A DNA stretch of 18,396 nt from Armatimonadota bacterium. Lineage in GTDB: Bacteria > Armatimonadota > Armatimonadia > Armatimonadales > Armatimonadaceae. The stretch's first letter is position 1. Each line of letters starts with the position of its first letter. Location: assembly GCA_043754515.1 (NCBI GenBank), contig JAYUUO010000028.1, forward strand, positions 1 through 18,396, given 5' to 3'. Under the pieces are notes generated by a model. That model was not told the DNA's origin. It did not search any database and saw only the letters and a list, made by a program, of their open reading frames with translations. Below are positions 1 to 7,222 of this stretch, one piece after another. The position numbers and the translations under genes were made by a program.

Positions 1-168
1 GGTCGAGGTGCAACCACAGGAGGTGGCGACGTGGGAAACGTAGAGCGGCTTGTCCGATAGGTTAACGACACGCACAGTGCCGGTCACGCGTTTACCCTCA
101 GGGACTCTCGCCGCTTCCCAGATCCTGCCACTTCTGATACAGCGCGAGGGTGAGGTCGCGTGCGCCAT
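1..168 (-). CDS. DUF1573-type domain protein, partial (runs off the left edge); start uncertain (ATG 168 or GTG 87)
   Basis: Not in the ORF track. Manual translation gives ...RVPEGKRVTGTVRVVNLSDKPLYVSHVATSCGCTST, matching the DUF1573 pattern N-x-(S/G)-x-x-P-L-x-(I/V)-x-x-V-x-x-S-C-G-C-T. GAGG lies 8 nt before GTG 87. Confidence 0.65.
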   Translation of the reverse strand, partial: MAHATSPSRCIRSGRIWEAARVPEGKRVTGTVRVVNLSDKPLYVSHVATSCGCTST

Positions 169-442
169 CCGCGGTCAGCGACGTGTCGTGCAGGTAGGCG
201 TAAGCGTATGCTAAGAGTCTCCCCCGAGTCAGATCGAGCGCACGCTCGCACGCGGCATCGCCACGCCGCTTCGCGTCGTCCGCTTTCCCCAGTTCCCCAC
301 GTTCCCGGTGCGCCGTCTCACACTTCCAGAAGCGGCGCATCTCGGTCACCAGGCCTGCGCACTCAGTCGCCTTGTTCGGGCCTGTGCCACACCCAGGGGA
401 AGAAGAGTCGGGATGGTTCGTCGCAGATTGCATCGGGTTCAT
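98..442 (-). CDS. Hypothetical protein whose C-terminal part resembles ECF sigma-70 region 2; possibly a truncated sigma factor
   Basis: RBS-like AGGAACAGGA just upstream of the ATG. RGRLLAYAYAYLHDTSLTADGARDLTLALYQKW resembles ECF region 2 (L-x-x-YA-x-x-x-L-x-D-x-x-x-AED-x-x-Q-x-x-F-L-x-L-W). No region 4 before the stop. Confidence 0.45.
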   Translation of the reverse strand: MNPMQSATNHPDSSSPGCGTGPNKATECAGLVTEMRRFWKCETAHRERGELGKADDAKRRGDAACERALDLTRGRLLAYAYAYLHDTSLTADGARDLTLALYQKWQDLGSGESP

Positions 443-515
443 AATATCCTGTTCCTAAGCGAGTAGATGTCGCGCAAATCGGCATTCATCGGTCGTTTAT
501 AGGGAGAGTTGTCAC

Positions 516-581
516 GGGCACGCCGCCCCAGTCGGTAAAACTTGGTGAAAAAACTTTCGGGGTATGATGGGCGGCGTGCCC
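516..581. repeat. 13-bp perfect inverted repeat around a 40-bp AT-richer spacer
   Basis: GGGCACGCCGCCC (516-528) and GGGCGGCGTGCCC (569-581) are exact reverse complements. Confidence 0.85.
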
Positions 582-1033
582 ACCCGGAGAGACAGCATTA
601 TTCGTGCTGTTCGCTTGTTACCCATCCGGGGACGAAATCTGATGCGAAAAAATCTTTTTGGTCAGATACTATTACGAGACAGATTGCGCGATATAGAACG
701 CAATTCACAACCCTAAGACACTGTTTTCGTTGCAATAATTCAATTTTTTCGTTAGTCTCGCCTTAATTCCAAGGGTCATTCTGATCCACACCGGGTGGCA
801 ATCGCAACGCGGAGCATGGTATTATATATACGTAATCGCGTTGGAGTTCGCTAGAAGAGGGAACGAGGCGTGAGATGTATGGCGACCGCGTAGCTCAGAA
901 GGGTCATATGACGGTCGTTTTTTGTTGCCTGCTTTTCATGCGCCTTGCGGTTCTTGGTGACAAGCTGGTCTCCTCACCGGCGTTTGCTCTCGCGTGTCGG
1001 GAGCGGCTTCCATCCCTCGCGGGTTGTGCGCTA

Positions 1034-1603
1034 CTAACCGAGTCTGAACAGGCACATCTCCTCCACGGTCGGTCGGGTCACGCGGACCACACCGACCGCT
1101 TCTAGCCCGCACTTGATCGGCATACCCCAGTCCGCAGTGTGCGTCACCGCCTGTGCCAGCTCCCGTGCCGACAGATTCAGCGCGAGCGTACAGTGGGGCA
1201 CCCAGCCGCGCGGCGTGTAGTGGGGCGATACCGCCGAGCAGTGTTGCGAAGCCAGCCGGTCGTGCCGCGCGTGCAGGTCGAGTAACTCCCTGGTGACTGT
1301 CGGCATCAGAAACAGCGTGTGGCGACTCCCGCCAAAGAACCCGATGCTGAAGAACGAGACTTCTAACGGTTCGATGCCGGAGGCGAACTCTTGTAGCGCG
1401 GGTATATAATCGGACAGGCGCAGGTCATGGCACCCCGCAAGCGTGATGTGCGGCCGCCAGCCCGCGTCCGGCATTTCGGATGAGATCCCCGCCCCCGCGA
1501 TCCGCGCCCATATGTTGCGGACGGTAGCGGTGGTATCCTCGTCGAAGTAGAGGCACACCGCGCCGCTGTCAATTGTTCGGGGAGTATATCCGTCTGTGCT
1601 CAT
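1034..1603 (-). CDS. 2H phosphoesterase (2'-5' RNA ligase superfamily) protein
   Basis: Two HxT motifs, WRPHITLA and WVPHCTLA, about 85 aa apart in a 189-aa protein. Confidence 0.88.
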   Translation of the reverse strand: MSTDGYTPRTIDSGAVCLYFDEDTTATVRNIWARIAGAGISSEMPDAGWRPHITLAGCHDLRLSDYIPALQEFASGIEPLEVSFFSIGFFGGSRHTLFLMPTVTRELLDLHARHDRLASQHCSAVSPHYTPRGWVPHCTLALNLSARELAQAVTHTADWGMPIKCGLEAVGVVRVTRPTVEEMCLFRLG

Positions 1604-1807
1604 TAAAAGGATAGTTAGCCGCCCTTCTCCCCTTCTCCTTGTCTCGGGAACGACTGCGCGTTCGTATAGCCCCCAATCGAGAGCCGGGGCGATGTTCTCG
1701 TTCCCCTCACGTTTGGCTCACGCGGGGCATATACGCTGTGCGTGATCTTGAAACATCGCTCTAGCCGCCCCGGACTGCCGAGACGGCGCGAAGGGAATCT
1801 ATACATC

Positions 1808-4243
1808 GTGACGCAACCTAAACTCCCTGTCCTCCTCGCCGTTGCGGGGGTTGCCTGCCTGATCGCAACGCCGCCCGCAAATGCGTGGAAGCCCGTAACC
1901 CACGCTTATCTCGCGCAACTCGCGCTCGACGATGCCCTCGACAATGGGGGCAAGGTGACCATCTACGCCGTGGACTACGCCTCCGGGCAGATCCTCAAGG
2001 ACGCCAGTGGCAAGAAGAAGGTCATTGGGACATATCAGTGCGATAATGGTCTGCTCGCCGCCATCCGCCAGAACCGCCGTCAATACATGGCGGGCGTCTG
2101 CGGCCCCGACGCGTTCCCCGACATCGCCACCGGCCAACTCCTCATCCACCCGGCGGGCGGCGACGGCAACTACGGGGGGAAAGTGAATGATCGCGATGTG
2201 GATCTGCACGGCCCCGGCCCCGACCCGTGGATGCGCTTCCTGTACGATCAATCGTTCAAAGGAGGCAAGTACACCACCGACGCGAACAAGGCGTTCACGA
2301 TGGGGTTCCTCGCGCACGCGGCGGGCGACATGTTCGCGCACACCTATATCAATAACTACGCGGGCGGTGAGTTCAACTTCCACTACACCGAGAATGGACA
2401 GCCGCGCCTTTCCGGGAACGCCGTGCGTCACTTCATTATGGAGGGCTACATCGGCGAGCGGACGCCGGAGTTCCGGTACCGCGACGACTACAACATCTCG
2501 CTCGACAACGGCGTTTCGTCGTTCGTATACGACACGATGGTCAGAAACGCGCCCGGCAGCATTCTAGCCCAGGCGAACCTGCTCTCCGGCGACGACAAAA
2601 ATAAGTCGCTCCCTTACCTGATGGCATCTCTGCGGCAAACGCTCGACGACCGCATCACCGCGTACTATAAAATGGGGGACGTGGCGCAGAAAGCCTATTC
2701 AGTGTCGCACCCGCTCTGGATCACGTACCAGGAGGGGTGGCGCAGAGATATTGACGAGGGGATGACAGCGTTCCCGGAGTTCAGCCGCACGCTCGCGCAA
2801 CCGATCTTCTTTTTCCCGCGCGACCAGACCGCGAACATGGACGGCAAGGGTGGCGTGAAAGAGATAATCGGTGCCTACTACAGCGACCACCTGCGCTACA
2901 TGCTCGGCGAGCCGCATTGGGTCGCGGCGGCTACCGATATGGTAGCAGCGGTGACGAAAGACGTTCTGGACGCGCTCGGGATCACGTTGCTTCGGGATCT
3001 GATCGCGACGATCAAGAAGGACGCCGCCGACTTCCTGTGCGAGTCGGCGTTCGGAATGAGCTACGACGAGTGCAAGCACTACCTGACCGACCCGACCACG
3101 CTCTTCGACGGCGTTCTGAACAGCGCGGTGCAAAACGGCGCGGCGATCAACCGGGGCGCGATGGACACGCAACTTCACCTCCAGCCGGGCGGCAAGTTCG
3201 GCTACTTCGATGTCGAGCAGTTCCCGGCGGCATACAACACGGTGACGATGATCAAGCTCTCGCTCCTGCCGCCCGGCGAACTGCGGCGGCTGATGACCGA
3301 CCTGAACGGCGGCGAGGCGGTGTCGGTTCCGGCGGATCAGGGCGTCGCCGACAACATCGTGATGGGCTACACCAAGTCACTCGACGCCGCGAACCAATGG
3401 AAGGCGAACGCGCCGCGCATGTTGCTCGCTCGCAACGGCGTCTTCTACCGCAGTATCTTCATGGCGTTCCCCGGCGAGGCACCATACCCGAGCGTCACGA
3501 ATCTGAGCGTCGTGTCGAATCAGGCGAGCGGCGACCCGACATTCACGGCGAGTTTCGGCGTGGATAGAAGCGACCCGTTCGGGACCGAAGTCGGCACGGA
3601 CGCGGTGCTGGACGGCGATAACGTCGCGGTGCCACTGGACGCCGACTTCGTGGCGTTGCCGGGCGGCGCGACAACGGCGACGTTTCGCGGGCAGTTGCCC
3701 GGCGTGACACGCCCGACGGTGCTACACATCATCGCCACGAACGGCAACCGCGCCGAGGCCACGATAACGGTGAACCCCGCGAAGCTCGCGGGCTTGTTTG
3801 TGAACCGGACCGGCGGCTACTCGGGCGGCGGGGCGCAGTACACATACACGCAACCGAAGGACGTCTCCATCGCAGTCGGACTGGACGCGAACGCGCCTCT
3901 GGGCGGCGCGACAGTGACCCTTAATTCGGCGCAACCGAGCCTGCTGCCTGTCCCCGCGAACGTGGTGGTCGGGAACGACACGGCGACCGCGACGTTCAAG
4001 CCGGTGTTCGCCGAAGCCGCGCCGATGGATGCGACGGTAGCAGTGACGGCGACATACAACGGCGTTTCAAAGACGATCACGTTTAAAAAGGGCGGCGGCG
4101 GCGCGAGCATGACGGTGATGACGCAACTGCTACCGGAGTCATACGCGCAATCGGCGCGGATGCGCCCATCGGTCGCCCAGCGTAATCTGCGCGACACGCG
4201 GGGCAACAGCGCGATGACGGGCCTACGCGGGGTTCGGCAGTAG
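1808..4243 (+). CDS. Secreted zinc-dependent phospholipase C / S1-P1 nuclease superfamily protein with C-terminal beta-sandwich repeats
   Basis: Probable GTG start at 1808 after AAGGGA. Signal peptide ends ANA, followed by W-K-P-V-T-H (mature N-terminal Trp and His are zinc ligands in this family). Motifs GPDAFPD, GFLAHAAGDMFAH and RHFIMEG. Two Ig-like repeats with ATATF in the C-terminal ~240 aa. Confidence 0.8.
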   Translation: MTQPKLPVLLAVAGVACLIATPPANAWKPVTHAYLAQLALDDALDNGGKVTIYAVDYASGQILKDASGKKKVIGTYQCDNGLLAAIRQNRRQYMAGVCGPDAFPDIATGQLLIHPAGGDGNYGGKVNDRDVDLHGPGPDPWMRFLYDQSFKGGKYTTDANKAFTMGFLAHAAGDMFAHTYINNYAGGEFNFHYTENGQPRLSGNAVRHFIMEGYIGERTPEFRYRDDYNISLDNGVSSFVYDTMVRNAPGSILAQANLLSGDDKNKSLPYLMASLRQTLDDRITAYYKMGDVAQKAYSVSHPLWITYQEGWRRDIDEGMTAFPEFSRTLAQPIFFFPRDQTANMDGKGGVKEIIGAYYSDHLRYMLGEPHWVAAATDMVAAVTKDVLDALGITLLRDLIATIKKDAADFLCESAFGMSYDECKHYLTDPTTLFDGVLNSAVQNGAAINRGAMDTQLHLQPGGKFGYFDVEQFPAAYNTVTMIKLSLLPPGELRRLMTDLNGGEAVSVPADQGVADNIVMGYTKSLDAANQWKANAPRMLLARNGVFYRSIFMAFPGEAPYPSVTNLSVVSNQASGDPTFTASFGVDRSDPFGTEVGTDAVLDGDNVAVPLDADFVALPGGATTATFRGQLPGVTRPTVLHIIATNGNRAEATITVNPAKLAGLFVNRTGGYSGGGAQYTYTQPKDVSIAVGLDANAPLGGATVTLNSAQPSLLPVPANVVVGNDTATATFKPVFAEAAPMDATVAVTATYNGVSKTITFKKGGGGASMTVMTQLLPESYAQSARMRPSVAQRNLRDTRGNSAMTGLRGVRQ

Positions 4244-4258
4244 GCTTGTTCGCGATCA

Positions 4259-4293
4259 CGCCGGGGCGCGGGTAATGCCCGCGCGCCCCGGCG
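4259..4293. terminator. GC-rich hairpin between convergent genes, probable bidirectional terminator
   Basis: CGCCGGGGCGCGGG-TAATG-CCCGCGCGCCCCGGCG, between the stops at 4243 (+) and 4304 (-). No clear U-tract. Confidence 0.65.
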
Positions 4294-4303
4294 ATAGTTC
4301 TCC

Positions 4304-5764
4304 TTACAACTCGCGCTCGACCTTTACCACGACTCCCTGTATGCACACCCCCTCCGTCACAAGGATAGGCGCGTAAAGCGGGTTCTCACTAGACAGGAAG
4401 CGGTGGTCACCGGTCTCGGTCAGTCGCTTCACTACGGGACCGACCCCAGGTACCATCGCGACCACGATCTGCCCTACCCGCGCCGTCTCCTGGCGGCGAA
4501 CCAATAGCAGGTCGCCCTCCACAATCCCCGCGCCGATCATGCTATCGCCGATAACGCGGAGCAGAAAGTCAGCCCCGGTCGGCGGCGGGATTATCTCACG
4601 TTCCTCCGCATCGCCTTCTTCGGATGAGGATCGGATACCGTCCCCGGCGGCGACAACGCCCAGGATGGGCAGGAACACCGCGCCCGATCCGCCGATGTAC
4701 GCACGTTCCTCTCCCAAGCCGCCGATCCCCGTCAACCGTCGCAGAAGCCGCTCCTCGGGATCGTCCGGTAGCGGCTCGGCCGGAGCCGGTATAGGCTCGC
4801 TCACTCCCTGACCGGTGTAGTACTTGCGATTGAAGGCGTACACGGTCTTTTTCGGTCGGTTACCAGCCTGTAACATGCCGAACCCGGTAAGTTCCGCGCT
4901 GATCTGGTCGCACTTCGCGATCAGGATCGCCTCGGCGGTCATGGGGCGAACCGGGCTACCGAATTCGAGATCGTCGTGATGGGCCAGGATCGCATGCATG
5001 AGGGCCCGGCTCATTTCGCCCGGCATCCCATATTCTTTACACAACCATGTCAGATGGTTCGCACCGATGAAGATATGACCGAGCATATCCCCCGAGTTTG
5101 TGTATTCCCCCTGCTTCCAGACACATTGCTCTATCTCCCAAAGTTTGCCGAAGTCGTGTAGCAGCGCGGCGGTCACGAGCAGATCAGGATCCAGCAGTCC
5201 CGGATGCTGAACTATCTCGCGCACCGCGCTGTTCGCTACCTGAATAGAGTGACAGAGTAGTCCACCCCGGTAGGCGTGGTGTTTCTTTTTCGCGGCGGTC
5301 GCGTCAAGATACGCCTTTCGAAATTTCCCGTCAGAGCCGACCGTTTCGTCCAGAAGGCGCGCCAGGTTCGGCTGGCGCACCAACCCGATCAGACGGTCGA
5401 GGTTGCGCACCCAACCCGCGTGCTCCGGAGGGAGCGGCTTGACGAAAAAATCTTCGTTAGGCAGACCGTCTCCGAATGGATTCACCCCATCCACGGTTAC
5501 CTCCCCGCCGTATTTGCTTTCGCCCGGCGTCACCAGGCCAGAGATGCGCATCACAGGCGGACAGGATTCCCCGATTTCGCACACCAGCGACGCTTGCTCA
5601 GCGGACGGAGTCCACATCTTCGCCATGCGCGCCCCCGTCCGGTCGTAGACCTCCATCGTCAACTTCGGCCGCGTCGGATGGTTCGGGTCGTACGACACGT
5701 CCCGGATCGCCACCGGCTCATCCGTCACCCGCCCGCCGTTCGCGCCCCAATCAATAATCGCCAT
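4304..5764 (-). CDS. YhaM-like OB-fold + HD 3'-5' exonuclease fused to a LexA/UmuD-type S24 self-cleaving peptidase domain
   Basis: OB fold: KLTMEVYDRTGARMAKMW. YhaM motifs: AAKKKHHAYRGGLLCHS, AALLHDFGK, GHIFIG, HAILAHH-x-x-LEFGSPVRPMTAEA and D286. S24: LPILGVVAAG (A373-G374), LRVIGDSM (S408), VVKRL (K446), SENPLYAPI, IQGVVV. RBS GGGGAGGGGAAAGGGG upstream. Confidence 0.9.
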   Translation of the reverse strand: MAIIDWGANGGRVTDEPVAIRDVSYDPNHPTRPKLTMEVYDRTGARMAKMWTPSAEQASLVCEIGESCPPVMRISGLVTPGESKYGGEVTVDGVNPFGDGLPNEDFFVKPLPPEHAGWVRNLDRLIGLVRQPNLARLLDETVGSDGKFRKAYLDATAAKKKHHAYRGGLLCHSIQVANSAVREIVQHPGLLDPDLLVTAALLHDFGKLWEIEQCVWKQGEYTNSGDMLGHIFIGANHLTWLCKEYGMPGEMSRALMHAILAHHDDLEFGSPVRPMTAEAILIAKCDQISAELTGFGMLQAGNRPKKTVYAFNRKYYTGQGVSEPIPAPAEPLPDDPEERLLRRLTGIGGLGEERAYIGGSGAVFLPILGVVAAGDGIRSSSEEGDAEEREIIPPPTGADFLLRVIGDSMIGAGIVEGDLLLVRRQETARVGQIVVAMVPGVGPVVKRLTETGDHRFLSSENPLYAPILVTEGVCIQGVVVKVEREL

Positions 5765-5788
5765 CTGTAAACCCCTTTCCCCTCCCCG

Positions 5789-6100
5789 TTATGCGTCGCA
5801 CCGGCGCAGGTGGCGGATGTACTTCGGGTTGCGGTACGTGGTGACGAGCACGCCGTCCCCGGCGACCACAACCACGGTGCCGTCCGTCTTCCGCACCGTC
5901 TCATCGCTCCAGGCGGTGCCCATTTGGCGTTGCGCCCGCGCCAACTGCTTACGCCCCAGGAAGAAAACGCGGTCGTCGCCCTGGTAGAAGCACTGCCCCC
6001 AGCGCAAAGCGAGCGCGATCCGATCATCGGGAATCAGCCGTTGACGCTGACGCTCCGTGAAATGGCCCGTTTTGATCCCAACCGGTGTCGAAGTGTACAT
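5789..6100 (-). CDS. Small basic DUF4258-like (RelE/BrnT-type fold) protein, putative ribonuclease toxin
   Basis: GHFTERQRQRLIPDDRIALALRWG matches the H-x-x-x-R-x-x-Q-R-x-I...G N-terminal pattern. The C-terminus VVVVAGDGVLVTTYR is typical. G/A-rich RBS upstream; 24-nt gap to the next gene. Confidence 0.7.
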   Translation of the reverse strand: MYTSTPVGIKTGHFTERQRQRLIPDDRIALALRWGQCFYQGDDRVFFLGRKQLARAQRQMGTAWSDETVRKTDGTVVVVAGDGVLVTTYRNPKYIRHLRRCDA

Positions 6101-6206
6101 GCTTTTTCCCCCCGCGAGTTCGTGCTAAAGGAGCAGTCACGGGGCGCGGCGGGCAACCGGTAAAAACGGGCTGGGATATTTTTGGGGGCGGCTGTCTCGC
6201 GGGAGG

Positions 6207-7157
6207 TTAGAGTGTGGCCAGTCGTACCAGAGGCAGGAGGCGCGCGACGTCGGCGGGGAGCAGGACGCCGGACGTCAGCGACAGGGCGTTCGCGGCGGCG
6301 CAGGCGGTGCCGTATACCGCTGCGTCGGGCACGGACTTGCCCTGCTCGACCAGCGCGTAGAGCGCGCCCGCCGCGAGCGAGTCGCCCGAGCCGATGGGGT
6401 TCACGACGTCCACGGCGGGCGAACCGATGCGCCAGCGGACGGGCGATTCGCGCCCCCCGAGTAGCGAGCCGTCCTTGCCCAACGATACTAATGCCCACTC
6501 GGCACCCGCCTCCAGCAGGGCGTTTACGGCGACCCGCGCGTCGGCGAGCGGGTCACCCGACAGCGCGAAGCCCAGCGTCGCCGCCGCCTCCTCGCGGTTC
6601 GGCTTTACCAGAAAGGGCTGCTCTGCTAGCGCGGCACGGAGCGGCCCTTTCTGCGCGTCCACCAGCACATGGACGCCGCGATCCCGCCCGCGCGCCACGA
6701 ACTCCGCGTAGAAATCATCCGGTGCGCCCGGCGTCAGCGACCCGCTACACGCGATGGCGCGGGCATGCGGTAGATGCGTGTCGGCGGCGCGACGAATGCT
6801 CGTCAGCACCGCTTCGGAGAGCGGCTTAGCCTCCTCAACCAGCTCCGTGGTCGGGGTGCCGTCCGCGAACAGGAGCGTGGAGCAGGTGCGCGTCGCCGCG
6901 TGTTCGCCCGCGTCTATCGCGTCGCCGTAAACCCCCTCGCGGGCGAGTTCGCCCGCGACGTATCGCCCGGAGTCGCCGCCAACCGGATGGATGAGGCGGG
7001 CGTTCGCGCCGAGCGTGGTCAGGACCCGCGCGACATTAACCACCTTCCCGGACGCCGTCACCACGGCCTCGAAGGCGCGGTTGACGCCGCCGAGTTGGAA
7101 GCAGGCGAAGCGCAGGGTGCGCTGGACAGTGGGGGTTAAGCCGACGCAGAGTATCAT
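6207..7157 (-). CDS. PfkB-family hexose-phosphate kinase (1-phosphofructokinase / LacC-like)
   Basis: Probable start MILCVGLTPTVQRTL (ATG 7157). Motifs SGKVVNVAR, CSGSL, VLVDAQ, LVKPNREEA, VSLGKDG and NPIGSGDSLAAG (PfkB signature). Confidence 0.9.
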   Translation of the reverse strand: MILCVGLTPTVQRTLRFACFQLGGVNRAFEAVVTASGKVVNVARVLTTLGANARLIHPVGGDSGRYVAGELAREGVYGDAIDAGEHAATRTCSTLLFADGTPTTELVEEAKPLSEAVLTSIRRAADTHLPHARAIACSGSLTPGAPDDFYAEFVARGRDRGVHVLVDAQKGPLRAALAEQPFLVKPNREEAAATLGFALSGDPLADARVAVNALLEAGAEWALVSLGKDGSLLGGRESPVRWRIGSPAVDVVNPIGSGDSLAAGALYALVEQGKSVPDAAVYGTACAAANALSLTSGVLLPADVARLLPLVRLATL

Positions 7158-7222
7158 GGCCGTTACGATTCGCCAGAATAGAGCGGGTGTCCTGCTTGGC
7201 GCGACACGCGACCGACCCGCTG

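Noticed and set aside
796..811. Second sigma-54 promoter TGGCAATCGCAACGC
   Set aside because: GG-N10-GC spacing is right, but the -12 element is ACGC rather than TTGC and no credible gene follows on that strand.
542..1105. ORFs 542-766 and 875-1105 (+)
   Set aside because: No recognisable motifs and atypical composition; the second overlaps the convergent 2H gene.
4304..4680. Calling this gene lexA or umuD
   Set aside because: There is no N-terminal winged-HTH, no umuC partner, and the S24 domain is in frame with a full YhaM module without an obvious internal RBS and start.
6101..6206. SOS box upstream of the DUF4258/YhaM-S24 cassette
   Set aside because: No GAAC-N4-GTTC or CTGT-N8-ACAG match was found by eye. 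The LexA box of this lineage is unknown to me, so SOS regulation is neither supported nor excluded.
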